39,185 bases of DNA from a virus (IMGVR_UViG_3300028587_000004:1-39185), one strand, 5' to 3'; shown: positions 26,628 through 35,514, numbered from the stretch's first letter. The notes: generated by a model not told the origin, from the sequence alone. Numbers and translations: made by a program.

Positions 26628-28228
26628 TGCCTCAGATTATTGACGTTCCCGGCCAAGGACAAATTGAGTTCCCGGACTCAATGGATGATGCCGCCATTGT
26701 TTCGGCAATCAAAGGAATGTCTCAGCCCCAACAAGCACAACCTCAAAGCGACTGGAAGCAACAAGTCCGCCAAGGTCTAGGTAACGTTGCGGCGGGTGCG
26801 GTTCGTGGTGCTGGCTCGATTGGTTCTACTATCTTAGCCCCTTATGACATTGCTAAAGATGCCCTAGCAGGTAAGGGCCTATCCCTAGAGTCGAATCGTC
26901 AGCGCCGTGCTGAAATCGACCAAGGCCTTGCATTGATGGGTGCCGAACCTGAATCCGCACTCTACAAAACCGGAAAGATTGCTGGTGAAATTGCTGGAAC
27001 TGCAGGCGTCCCCGGTGTTCTCGCTAAAGGTGCCCAAGGTCTAGGTGCTACTCCTGCAATCGTTAATGCGCTCCGTGGTGGCGGTGCTGTCGGTAGTCTG
27101 CCTGCCCGTGTGGCAAGCGGTGCTGCGTCTGGTGGTGTTGCTGCCGGTATGGTCAATCCTGAAGATGCCGGTATGGGTGCTGCTGTCGGTGGTGGTATTC
27201 CTGTGGCTGCTGCAGCGTTGCGCGGTGCAACAAATATCGGTAAGCAGATGCTAGGCGGTACTACAGGGGTAGGGGGTGAGGCTATCGGTCAAGCCTTCCA
27301 AGCTGGGAAACAAGGTGGTCAAGCTGCTCAATCGTTCCGTGAGAATCTCCGTGGTCAGGCAGATATGGGCGATGTACTCGCTACTGCTAAACAAAACTTA
27401 GATGTAATGGGCCAACAGAAACAAGCTGCTTATCGTTCGGGTATGGCGAATATCAAGGCAGATAAAACTGTTCTCGACTTTGCAGACGTTGATAAAGCAT
27501 TGAATGACGCCTTGAACGTGGCTACATACAAAGGCCAAGTAAAGAATCCTGAAGCCGCCTCCGCCTTGCAGAAGATTCAACAACAGGTTGAGCAATGGAA
27601 GTCTCTTGATCCGGCTGAATTCCACACCCCGGAAGGTTTAGACGCGCTTAAGCAGTCAATTTCAGGCGTTCTTGAAAGCATTCCTTTTGAGCAGAAAACC
27701 GCCCGTCTTGCTACTGGCAAAGTCTATGACGCAGTAAAGGGAACCATCAATAAGCAAGCCCCTGAATACGCCAAGGTAATGAAAGACTATTCCGAAGCCA
27801 CTGATCTGATCAATGAGATTCAACAATCCTTGATCGGTGGTAAGCGTTCGACTGCAGAATCCTCCATGAGAAAGCTTCAAAGTCTCATGCGGAACAATGT
27901 CAATACCTCTTATGGTTATCGTGGTGATCTTGCCAGAGAACTTGAACAAGCAGGCGGTCAGCAGATCATGCCAGCCCTAGCAGGTCAGGCTATGCAGGAA
28001 TGGACGCCAAGAGGTATACAACGTGCTGCTGCTGGTACTGGGACTGCTGGCCTAGCTCTTACAGGTAACGTCCCTGCCGCCGCTGGCATGGCTGCGCTAT
28101 CTTCCCCTCGTCTTGTAGGTGAAGCCGCATATGGCGCGGGTCGTATGGCCGGTGCCGTTCCACAATCGTTAATAGAAGCCCTGCGTCAGGGTGTATATCG
28201 TGGCGCACCAGTCGCCGCAGCGCAATAA
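26627..28228 (+). CDS. DNA ejection/transfer protein
   Basis: 533 aa, Ala/Gly-rich; IEFPDSM N-terminus and SPRLVGE C-terminus. Confidence 0.7.
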   Translation: MPQIIDVPGQGQIEFPDSMDDAAIVSAIKGMSQPQQAQPQSDWKQQVRQGLGNVAAGAVRGAGSIGSTILAPYDIAKDALAGKGLSLESNRQRRAEIDQGLALMGAEPESALYKTGKIAGEIAGTAGVPGVLAKGAQGLGATPAIVNALRGGGAVGSLPARVASGAASGGVAAGMVNPEDAGMGAAVGGGIPVAAAALRGATNIGKQMLGGTTGVGGEAIGQAFQAGKQGGQAAQSFRENLRGQADMGDVLATAKQNLDVMGQQKQAAYRSGMANIKADKTVLDFADVDKALNDALNVATYKGQVKNPEAASALQKIQQQVEQWKSLDPAEFHTPEGLDALKQSISGVLESIPFEQKTARLATGKVYDAVKGTINKQAPEYAKVMKDYSEATDLINEIQQSLIGGKRSTAESSMRKLQSLMRNNVNTSYGYRGDLARELEQAGGQQIMPALAGQAMQEWTPRGIQRAAAGTGTAGLALTGNVPAAAGMAALSSPRLVGEAAYGAGRMAGAVPQSLIEALRQGVYRGAPVAAAQ

Positions 28229-28240
28229 AGGAGAACTAAA

Positions 28241-29341
28241 TTGTCCCGAGACGGAAATGGCGTGTACTCGCTTCCTACAAATAGTTGGAATCCCGCGATT
28301 AATGGGAATTCAGCAACCCCCGTTGATTGGCAAGCCCTTATTGATGATGTAGCTGCGGCACTAACTCAATCTGTTTCTGCTGATGGTCAAACGCCTATGA
28401 CGGGTGATTTGAACATGAATGGGAATCGGATTGAAAGCTTGGCTGCTGGCACTTCTACGACTGATGCTGCCAATGTTGGTCAGATTTACTCTCAAGGCAC
28501 CGAAACTGACGTAGCCAGCGCTGCAACAACTGACATTGGGATTGTTAATTCTAATTTCATCAGAATCACTGGGACAACTACGATTACCAGTCTAGGCACA
28601 ACTTACCGTGGCCCTCGGTTTGTTCGTTTTGCCGGGATTCTTACACTTACACATAACGCCACTACTTTGATTCTTCCGGGCGGTGCGAATATCACAACTG
28701 CAGCAGGAGATAGGGCTATTTTTGTTCCTAAAGGAAGCCCATCAGACGGATGGAATTGTGTTGTTTATGAATATGCCACAGGCGGGAAAATCACTGGGAA
28801 TCTTTCTGTCACTGGGAGCCTTTCTGTAACGGTAGATAGTTCTATAACTGGTAATTCAACTGTTACTGGTGATTTGACTGTAGATGGCAATGTAACGCTA
28901 GGTAACGCTGGGTCAGACACTGTAACAGCGAATGGTGCGTTATCCGCCACCAATGGAGTTGTAGTTACTGGGAATGGGTTACGCCAAGCTAGTCAGCACA
29001 TGATTGGTTACAACACTGGCGGCGGTGGGAATGTTACGCAAGCAACGTCTAAAGCGACTGCCGTGACATTAAACACGGCATCTGGCCGAATCACCATGAA
29101 TAATTCAATAATCAACGCTAATTCAGCAATTGAGTTTCAATTCAATAACTCTCTGATTGATGGTGACACATTGGTATTACTCGGTATCAGCGGTAATGTT
29201 GCCTCTGCGAATTCGTATTGTGTAGGTACTCGTTCGATAGGTGGAGGTGGGGTTGTTATCGGCGTAAGAAACTTAACTGCAGGCAATCTTTCAGAAGCAA
29301 TACAGCTTACTTTTGCACTACACAAAACCGCAACATCTTAA
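28241..29341 (+). CDS. tail fibre/spike
   Basis: MSRDGNGVYSLP, DGQTPMTGDL anchor; VTGxLxV beta-helix repeats. Confidence 0.8.
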   Translation: MSRDGNGVYSLPTNSWNPAINGNSATPVDWQALIDDVAAALTQSVSADGQTPMTGDLNMNGNRIESLAAGTSTTDAANVGQIYSQGTETDVASAATTDIGIVNSNFIRITGTTTITSLGTTYRGPRFVRFAGILTLTHNATTLILPGGANITTAAGDRAIFVPKGSPSDGWNCVVYEYATGGKITGNLSVTGSLSVTVDSSITGNSTVTGDLTVDGNVTLGNAGSDTVTANGALSATNGVVVTGNGLRQASQHMIGYNTGGGGNVTQATSKATAVTLNTASGRITMNNSIINANSAIEFQFNNSLIDGDTLVLLGISGNVASANSYCVGTRSIGGGGVVIGVRNLTAGNLSEAIQLTFALHKTATS

Positions 29342-29356
29342 CTAAAAGGAAACAAC

Positions 29357-29803
29357 ATGGCCGAAAACTTTATGCGTACCGTACAGATTCTGACTCTGAA
29401 CGCCAACCAACGCGCCCATTGCGAACTATTCAATCCAGAAGATAGTGGTTACAAAGCAATCGTGGATGCAATTTGGGTTTCTCGCTCTAGCGGGTTCTCT
29501 ATCGTCGGTCGTGGTGGCCCGATGATGAATGATGCTACTTTCCCCGAGTCACGCGGCTTGCCGATTCAAGACGGTGCGCCCCGTCAATATAGTTCTTGCC
29601 ATGCTAGGTTCCAGAAAACGACTTTCCCGGCAGAAGTTATCCAAGGTGGTCAATACTGGAATCACGAGAATGTTTCGGGTCTGGTCAAGATCGAAGCCCC
29701 ATTTGTTCTCGGCGAAAACAACAGCTTGATGATCCGTAATAATCTGGATGGTGAAAAGCTGATGGTTTCCTTCCTGTGGCATGAAGAACCACTGGGTAGC
29801 TGA
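29357..29803 (+). CDS. hypothetical protein
   Basis: 148 aa with an AAAGGA RBS. Confidence 0.75.
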   Translation: MAENFMRTVQILTLNANQRAHCELFNPEDSGYKAIVDAIWVSRSSGFSIVGRGGPMMNDATFPESRGLPIQDGAPRQYSSCHARFQKTTFPAEVIQGGQYWNHENVSGLVKIEAPFVLGENNSLMIRNNLDGEKLMVSFLWHEEPLGS

Positions 29804-29816
29804 TTAAATACAGATC

Positions 29817-30116
29817 ATGGAAACGAACGATGAAATCCGGGGGAAAAGGATAAACTTTGACCCGACAATTAATCTAGGCCATATTGGCTCAATGATTGCT
29901 GTATTGATTGCAGGTGTTCTCGCTTATTCTGACTTAAAGCAAGATCAGGTTGTTGTTAATCAAAGGCAAGCTTACCTAGAGGCTAGAATAAAAGAGTCTG
30001 AGGACAGAAGTAACCAGAGAATGAACGAGATGAGTTCTGACGTAAAAGATATGCGGAAGGCGGTGGAGAATATCGCCAACATCATTATCCTTAAAATCAA
30101 GCAGAGCGGGAAATGA
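29817..30116 (+). CDS. single-TM coiled-coil membrane protein (holin/antiholin candidate)
   Basis: FDPTINLGH followed by a hydrophobic helix; precedes the endolysin. Confidence 0.55.
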   Translation: METNDEIRGKRINFDPTINLGHIGSMIAVLIAGVLAYSDLKQDQVVVNQRQAYLEARIKESEDRSNQRMNEMSSDVKDMRKAVENIANIIILKIKQSGK

Positions 30117-30544
30117 AAACCTCTGACGTCGGGATCAACCTAATCAAACGTTTTGAAGGATTTGAGTCTGAACCTTACCTGTGTCCGGCAGGTAAATGGA
30201 CTATCGGTTATGGATGGACACACGGTGTTACTAAAGACTCAAAGCCAATCACTGAAGCAGAGGCGACTAAGCTACTTGCTGACGGACTCGGTAGTTACGA
30301 GATTGGTGTTCTTGATTGCGTTGATGTTGATCTTCAGCAGTGCGAGTTTGATGCTCTGGTGTCTTTTGCATACAATCTCGGGGTTCATGCTCTACGCGGA
30401 TCAACCCTACTAAAGAAGCTGAATGAGGCAGATTACGAGGGTGCGGCAGATCAGTTCCTGAGATGGGACAAAGCGAATGGTAAGGTATTGGCTGGCCTTA
30501 CAAAACGTAGAGAAGCAGAGCGGGAGTTATTCTTAAATGGCTGA
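30113..30544 (+). CDS. endolysin, GH24 lysozyme
   Basis: IKRFEG...YLCPAGKWTIGYG, FDALVSFAYNLG, GLTKRREAERELF. Confidence 0.95.
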   Translation: MKTSDVGINLIKRFEGFESEPYLCPAGKWTIGYGWTHGVTKDSKPITEAEATKLLADGLGSYEIGVLDCVDVDLQQCEFDALVSFAYNLGVHALRGSTLLKKLNEADYEGAADQFLRWDKANGKVLAGLTKRREAERELFLNG

Positions 30545-30815
30545 ACTGCGCCGCAAAACTGATGGCTGGTTTGGTTGGCTAACCCGGCTGTGGGACTGGA
30601 TCGACCAAAGAGAAATAGACAAGCATCTTGTCTCTGTCATGGTTCTCTACGGGACGATGATTGTGACTCAATGGGCTATGGGGTTTGCTGAAGCTCAGTC
30701 AGGAATGGGCCGAAGTGGAGTCGAGATAGCCGCTATTATCGCTGCGGTTCTTGGTCCTTACTCTATACTTCAAGCTGCTGCTATTAAGTTCTACTTCGAC
30801 AACCGGACGCCATGA
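30537..30815 (+). CDS. holin candidate (2 TM)
   Basis: Two hydrophobic helices; lies in the lysis cassette. Confidence 0.6.
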   Translation: MAELRRKTDGWFGWLTRLWDWIDQREIDKHLVSVMVLYGTMIVTQWAMGFAEAQSGMGRSGVEIAAIIAAVLGPYSILQAAAIKFYFDNRTP

Positions 30816-31240
30816 TCAATCCTTGGTTAATCCTTGCTGCTATTGTTGCACTGTCCGCTTCGTTTGTTGGTGGATATACAACAGGTTCCTCTCATAAAGA
30901 CAAAGAGTGGAAATTAGTCATTGCAGATCAGAAGGATAAAGCTAGACTCAAGGAACAGGAACTACAAGGAGCCGTTGATGAAATTACAAAGCAATCAAAG
31001 AAGCGCCAAGATGCTATTCAGCGCAAGCTTAATGACGCTCTTGATGGGCTGCGCAACCGCCCCGACAGATTGCCCGAGGATTCCCGTTCTAGCTGTCAGG
31101 GAGCCACTGGGGCCGAGCTTTCAAGACCAGATAGCACCTTTCTTGAAGGGGAAGCTGCAAGGGCAGACAGACTCAGAGAAGCGCTTGGAACCTGCTACGA
31201 ATACGCAGACAAAGTAGAAGGTCTTAAAACTCCCAAGTAA
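30812..31240 (+). CDS. Rz: i-spanin
   Basis: N-terminal TM, coiled coil, RADRLREALGTC. Confidence 0.8.
   Translation: MINPWLILAAIVALSASFVGGYTTGSSHKDKEWKLVIADQKDKARLKEQELQGAVDEITKQSKKRQDAIQRKLNDALDGLRNRPDRLPEDSRSSCQGATGAELSRPDSTFLEGEAARADRLREALGTCYEYADKVEGLKTPK
30978..31217 (+). CDS. Rz1: o-spanin lipoprotein nested in Rz
   Basis: +1 frame, AAGGAG RBS, lipobox LLMG-C, Pro-rich mature part. Confidence 0.75.
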   Translation: MKLQSNQRSAKMLFSASLMTLLMGCATAPTDCPRIPVLAVREPLGPSFQDQIAPFLKGKLQGQTDSEKRLEPATNTQTK

Positions 31241-31469
31241 GCACGACTCTTGTGACACTTGGCGCAGGAAGGCCGATTTCATCCCCTGCCACACACCAGA
31301 CAAAAGAAGCCAGCATTCCGTATTCTTGGCCGTGCTTGTTCTTTATTGACCGCAGGAATGGATTAGGCCTATCCCCGAACGTGATATAAAAGTTCTTGTC
31401 GTTAAACCAGTCAAACGCATAGGAATTAACTGGGAAGCACAAAGACAGTATCAATAGTAGTCTGAACAT
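31224..31469 (-). CDS. small secreted protein
   Basis: Signal-peptide-like N-terminus ending SYA-F. Confidence 0.5.
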   Translation of the reverse strand: MFRLLLILSLCFPVNSYAFDWFNDKNFYITFGDRPNPFLRSIKNKHGQEYGMLASFVWCVAGDEIGLPAPSVTRVVLTWEF

Positions 31470-31561
31470 TTCTTTGTTTGGTAGGGTGATTATTAAGTAG
31501 TGGGTGTCGCTTCATATACGACAGCATTGCGCCAATTCGAAACGTTGCTATCCCCACAAGT

Positions 31562-31660
31562 CAAAGCTACTGGCTGATGGTTCCCCATTTCCACCTTGCG
31601 GTGTGCTTCCTCAGCTCCCCATTTATCGACACGCCTCTCTAGGCCGCACCAATAGCTTTG
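31562..31660 (-). ncRNA. structured ncRNA candidate with GNRA tetraloops
   Basis: 12-bp closing stem CAAAGCTATTGG/CCAGTAGCTTTG; CACC-GCAA-GGTG; TGG-GGAA-CCA. Confidence 0.5.
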
Positions 31661-31789
31661 CTTCTGGAGACTCCGTTTCGTGGAGTCATGCCGGCCAATA
31701 CGTCTATTAGCACCTAGGATAGGATGAACCGCCGTTATTGACGGCCTTTACCTATACGGCTGGAGACTGGCTTGCCCCGGACCTGATTA

Positions 31790-31874
31790 GCCCGTTGCTA
31801 GGAATCGAACCCAACTTGACCATGGGCGCAATCTCCATGCGTATAGGTGCTAGTCTTTCCTAGCTGTCAGCGGA
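31790..31874 (-). ncRNA. tRNA-like element / pseudo-tRNA
   Basis: Acceptor TCCGCTG/CAACGGG, GCTAG/CTAGC arm, T-arm TTGGG-TTCGATT-CCTAG; anticodon arm non-canonical. Confidence 0.55.
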
Positions 31875-31890
31875 CAAAGATAGTCTGCAA

Positions 31891-32003
31891 TAGGGGCCAG
31901 TGCTGGGTTAATCTGGCTTGGTGGCGAGTCCCAGTAGGGATACTGTCGGGATTAGAGCCTCTTTAGCCACCGTTTTCTCGCGTATCAGCCTACGCATTCC
32001 CTA
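31891..32003 (-). ncRNA. cloverleaf ncRNA candidate with possible kissing loops
   Basis: TAGGG/CCCTA, GCGTA-GGCTGA-TACGC, GGTGGC/GCCACC, GCCAG-..CAGCA-CTGGC. Confidence 0.6.
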
Positions 32004-32009
32004 ATTCAA

Positions 32010-32038
32010 AGTATAGACTATTTCTACAGCATTTTCAC
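32010..32038 (-). promoter_or_regulatory. putative promoter for the ncRNA cluster
   Basis: GTGAAA-N17-TATACT; predicted +1 near 32003. Confidence 0.45.
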
Positions 32039-32380
32039 ATATGCTCGGTTCTTTCGAGTCTCCTTAAGCATTGGGTATCCTTTGGTATAAAGGAAGCTTA
32101 CAAGCCTGACAGCGTACTTAGACGGTCTGCCTAGAAACTCGCCCATTTCTGAGTACGATACGAACCTGTTTTGCGCCTTGAGCCAAGCGTATAACTTTCC
32201 GTTCTTGGTTTCTTCAAACGGCGTATTCTGGTTATTTCGTGTTTCCCGGCTAGTGTCTGTACGCGGTTTGTATTCGTCTTGCTCGTGGATTGCTATTTCA
32301 AGGTGGGCCACTTGCTCCGAAAAGAACCAAGGCCCTGCATGCTGCGGTAACGGCTGATAGCCGTAATGGTCATAGATCAT
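32024..32380 (-). CDS. hypothetical protein, possible C-terminal winged HTH
   Basis: LYAWLKAQNRFVSYSEMGEFLG...LYTKGY. Confidence 0.6.
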   Translation of the reverse strand: MIYDHYGYQPLPQHAGPWFFSEQVAHLEIAIHEQDEYKPRTDTSRETRNNQNTPFEETKNGKLYAWLKAQNRFVSYSEMGEFLGRPSKYAVRLVSFLYTKGYPMLKETRKNRAYVKML

Positions 32381-32391
32381 ATTTTCTCATT

Positions 32392-32427
32392 TCAATTTGT
32401 CTTCTGGTTTAAACGCGGTTATCTCTG
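32392..32427 (-). repeat. dispersed 36-bp element
   Basis: CAGAGATAACCGCGTTTAAACCAGAAGACAAATTGA; supplies the stop of gene 32409-32831. Confidence 0.92.
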
Positions 32428-32831
32428 AGCGAACGCCTATGCTCCATGAGCATTTTGTTCATCTCTTCTGACGAATAGCCTTCTGATGACCATTTCAAAA
32501 GCTGCATCACAATTTCCTGTTCGTCCGTGTAGTCGGCAGTAATATCAACACCGCCACAAAGAAACGCATGCCATGAGTCTTCCTTGAAACGAGGGTGAAG
32601 AACGTATTTGAAGATATTCACGCCAACTCTCCATGAGACTACAGGCGGGTATTCATTACGATCACCACGGTTTTTACTGCCGAACAAATTCCATGAATAC
32701 CCGGCATCGTATTCAACAGGCACTACATTTTCTGGCATCGTATCAATCTTAAATCCACTCACATTCGGGTATTTGTACTTAACCCATTTGTGGATAGGGT
32801 GTTCAAATGATTTTGTTGTCAGGATAGACAT
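32409..32831 (-). CDS. hypothetical protein (cassette cargo)
   Basis: 140 aa with a GGAGGAG RBS. Confidence 0.8.
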   Translation of the reverse strand: MSILTTKSFEHPIHKWVKYKYPNVSGFKIDTMPENVVPVEYDAGYSWNLFGSKNRGDRNEYPPVVSWRVGVNIFKYVLHPRFKEDSWHAFLCGGVDITADYTDEQEIVMQLLKWSSEGYSSEEMNKMLMEHRRSLRDNRV

Positions 32832-32844
32832 TTCTCCTCCTAAT

Positions 32845-32880
32845 CTGAGACAGACGTGTTTAAGCCCAAGGCCAAATTAA
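32845..32880 (+). repeat. dispersed 36-bp element, inverted partner of 32392-32427
   Basis: CTGAGACAGACGTGTTTAAGCCCAAGGCCAAATTAA. Confidence 0.85.
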
Positions 32881-32990
32881 AATAAATCCTCATCCTTCAT
32901 CAACCTACTCCCTACCCTAATACACCTACCAATAAAGCAAGCAAAGAGAAACATAAGACAGAGAACTAAAAGGATAATTAGGTAAGTCAT
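32877..32990 (-). CDS. small membrane peptide (37 aa)
   Basis: Hand translation MTYLIILLVLCLMFLFACFIGRCIRVG...; ATGA overlap. Confidence 0.5.
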   Translation of the reverse strand: MTYLIILLVLCLMFLFACFIGRCIRVGSRLMKDEDLF

Positions 32991-33670
32991 TTCCCCTGCT
33001 CCTTGGCGATGGCGGCGCGGATGCCTTCGCTTAATGTCGGGTGGTAGCCATTGCTATCAAGTTTGGTGACATGTGGTAGGCGATAAAATCTGTGGTATCC
33101 ACCGTCCCGATCTTCAGTCTGAACCTTACTTTCTAGCCAACGATACAGCTCAGCATCCTCCCTATCCATTGCTGCTTGCTCGCGTAGGGCTGTGGATTCG
33201 GCTTTGAGTTTCGTATTCTTTGCACGTTCGGCAGCGGCAAGGTCACTCCAAAGAATGTCGCCGGGGCCTTTTACTGCGGCACGGAGACGATATAGCTCGG
33301 CTAGTTGTTCTGCGCTGACTCCCGCATCCCTCCTATCCCCACATTGGGCGATGGCTTGGCGCATAGATTTCAGCAAATCAACAAGCCGAAGCGTAGTTTC
33401 TGCATTAATCATGATTGTTTTGCCGGGCCAAGTGATGACATCGACTTCACGAAGCAGCTTTTCTAGATTGGACGCCGGCAGCTCCCCACTCCCCGTAGCC
33501 TTCTCTGGATCGTGTGGCCTACCTGCATCAATGCCATCGAAATACGCTTTCTTCAGTTTTTCAATAATCTCCGGGCTTTCGCCAGCAAACCCGGTATAAG
33601 CCAGAAAATGCCCGAAATAGCATTCATCTGTATGAGGGGTGCCACCGCAACTGCATGTATTTGTGTTCAT
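32987..33670 (-). CDS. mosaic accessory protein (Ea22/Ead-like region)
   Basis: REDAELYRWL and IRAAIAKEQG motifs; start MNTNTC. Confidence 0.65.
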   Translation of the reverse strand: MNTNTCSCGGTPHTDECYFGHFLAYTGFAGESPEIIEKLKKAYFDGIDAGRPHDPEKATGSGELPASNLEKLLREVDVITWPGKTIMINAETTLRLVDLLKSMRQAIAQCGDRRDAGVSAEQLAELYRLRAAVKGPGDILWSDLAAAERAKNTKLKAESTALREQAAMDREDAELYRWLESKVQTEDRDGGYHRFYRLPHVTKLDSNGYHPTLSEGIRAAIAKEQGK

Positions 33671-34587
33671 GGATGTACTCCAAATCCGTCGCATTCATGG
33701 CAAACGTGCAAATCGTCGTCGCTGCACTTAAAGTGTTGCGCTGCTGTAGGCTCTGCTCCATGATTGGCGGGTGGGTGGGCGTAGAGCTTGGTTCCGATTG
33801 ATGGCTTTTCATCCCATCGAACAATCGGGTTGCCCATCAAGTCGCTATCTACAACCTTGCCTACTGCCTCCCCATCCCGCTTGCTGGCAAGGTGGGCTTC
33901 GACACGCGGCATGCCAAGAACAACGGCTCGCAACTCTTGCTCATGACCTTTCACGCCGCAAACAACATGCCCCCAGCTCGACCATTCGCCCCCCGAAACT
34001 CGGTAGCGTGCTTGGAAACCATGATCGCGTAGCGCGTGCTGAATTAATGCGAGAACAGCCATCACACTTCCAAACTCGACCGTTTCTTTATCAGTAATAC
34101 GGCCTCCGACATGAGCAATCCGCTGGCCTAGATTCATCCCTTCGGTGGGGCTGCTATCCCCATCCGTCATCCCTTCGGCTGCTGGCTGCTCGGCTGGTGG
34201 GGTGCGGCGTTGCTCACGATCCGCGAACAGATCAGCACGTAGCTTGTCGATTGCTTCCTTGATTGCTGGCTTCGTATCATTGAACCAGTCCGAGTCACCG
34301 CCGTCCTCTTTGTTTGGCTGTTTTGCCAGCATGAAAGCGGTATAGGCGATGTCAATCACTCGCGGCGTCAGGCGGTTGTGCAGATCATCTTGCAGGACAT
34401 AGGCAAGCAGATCAGTCCAAGGCAACAGTGTGTCCTGCGTGGTGTTGGTCAGTCCTTCGGTGTTTGGTGTCATTTCGATAGCCTCTTGAAGTATTGGCCT
34501 GAATTTTCTCTGGTTGCAGCAGTCGCACGGCTTGTATTCGTACCCGCACAATTTCTCTACATCGCATGAAGAACAGTGGCCGTTCAT
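33667..34587 (-). CDS. mosaic accessory protein
   Basis: 306 aa; IGTKLYAHP motif; Cys clusters at both ends. Confidence 0.7.
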   Translation of the reverse strand: MNGHCSSCDVEKLCGYEYKPCDCCNQRKFRPILQEAIEMTPNTEGLTNTTQDTLLPWTDLLAYVLQDDLHNRLTPRVIDIAYTAFMLAKQPNKEDGGDSDWFNDTKPAIKEAIDKLRADLFADREQRRTPPAEQPAAEGMTDGDSSPTEGMNLGQRIAHVGGRITDKETVEFGSVMAVLALIQHALRDHGFQARYRVSGGEWSSWGHVVCGVKGHEQELRAVVLGMPRVEAHLASKRDGEAVGKVVDSDLMGNPIVRWDEKPSIGTKLYAHPPANHGAEPTAAQHFKCSDDDLHVCHECDGFGVHP

Positions 34588-35303
34588 TTCATCGTCTCCG
34601 GCTGTTCGGCAATCGCAAGCATCAAAACGTCAAAGTCTTCCATCCACTCGGAGATTCTGGCTGGAGGGAGCCAACCGCCACGCGAATCCACTGTGTATAG
34701 CTCGCACCAGCGTTGGATAATGGATTTGGCTTGTTTTAGCAGAACTATCGACGGCACCTGCGCTACGGTGCTCGGCACAGGGGCGGCGGATAGCATCACA
34801 TCCCAGAGGAGCTTTCTGTACTGACCGTTAGCCCCTAGCGGGACATCAGCGTTTAGCATTTCCTCTGTCGGCTCTTTCGGCACCAGCACATACCCATCCG
34901 GCACCTTAGCGGCCTGCGCTTGGGTGAGTTGCTGGCTGGACAGGGAGCGAATCTTGTCTGCCCAATCCGAGGCCGTGTCGTCAGGCGAGTAGCAACCCAG
35001 CGCATCACTGATAGCTTTTGCTCTTGCTAGTTCTATTTGGTGCTCTGCCTCGCGCCTCATTTCGTGCGCGTCAGTAAGATCCTCTTTCAGCCGCCCGACT
35101 TCCTTTTGCAGCGCCTCGATCTGCCCGTAGTAGTGGGCCTCTGCTGCTGTCTTGTGGCCGCCTTCGAATGTTGGCTGCTGCACGGAGGCAAGGGCGGCTT
35201 GCCACACTTCCCAGAACATTTCATGGTGATCGTCGTCATAGCCGTTGCTATCTACCCAGCGCTCAAACGCTTCCCTGCATGCATCGTTGTTTGTGGTGTT
35301 CAT
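34584..35303 (-). CDS. Eaa/DUF551-like mosaic accessory protein
   Basis: REAFERW, WQAA, VPDGYVLVPKEPTEEM...MLSAAP motifs. Confidence 0.75.
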   Translation of the reverse strand: MNTTNNDACREAFERWVDSNGYDDDHHEMFWEVWQAALASVQQPTFEGGHKTAAEAHYYGQIEALQKEVGRLKEDLTDAHEMRREAEHQIELARAKAISDALGCYSPDDTASDWADKIRSLSSQQLTQAQAAKVPDGYVLVPKEPTEEMLNADVPLGANGQYRKLLWDVMLSAAPVPSTVAQVPSIVLLKQAKSIIQRWCELYTVDSRGGWLPPARISEWMEDFDVLMLAIAEQPETMK

Positions 35304-35313
35304 GGTTTAGTCC

Positions 35314-35514
35314 TTAGCCTGCGGTAGGCGGTTGCTGTTTCTTTGCTTTCTTAAATACCTCGTCCCTGAAGTTTTGGCACAGGCGGTGTAGGGCGTCAGA
35401 ATCCAGCATGGACAGAGGGATTGACGTAGCGCCTTCATCGCCGATAGCGTCTTTAAGGATGGCGAAGCTCGGCACCTGAAAATCCTTTACTTCAATTTCA
35501 ATGGTTGTCTTCAT
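35314..35514 (-). CDS. hypothetical protein
   Basis: 66 aa with an AAGGAG RBS. Confidence 0.75.
   Translation of the reverse strand: MKTTIEIEVKDFQVPSFAILKDAIGDEGATSIPLSMLDSDALHRLCQNFRDEVFKKAKKQQPPTAG

Noticed and set aside
31570-31620. Hammerhead ribozyme (minus strand CTGAGGA...GAAA-TGG-GGAA-CCA-TC)
   Set aside because: The core and stem III look right, but stem I cannot pair, stem II has 4 extra nt, and GCTGA pairs better with TCAGC. A cleavage assay would settle it.
31504-31710. 68-aa plus-strand ORF in the ncRNA region
   Set aside because: No RBS, atypical composition and opposite to local gene orientation; RNA structure explains the region better.
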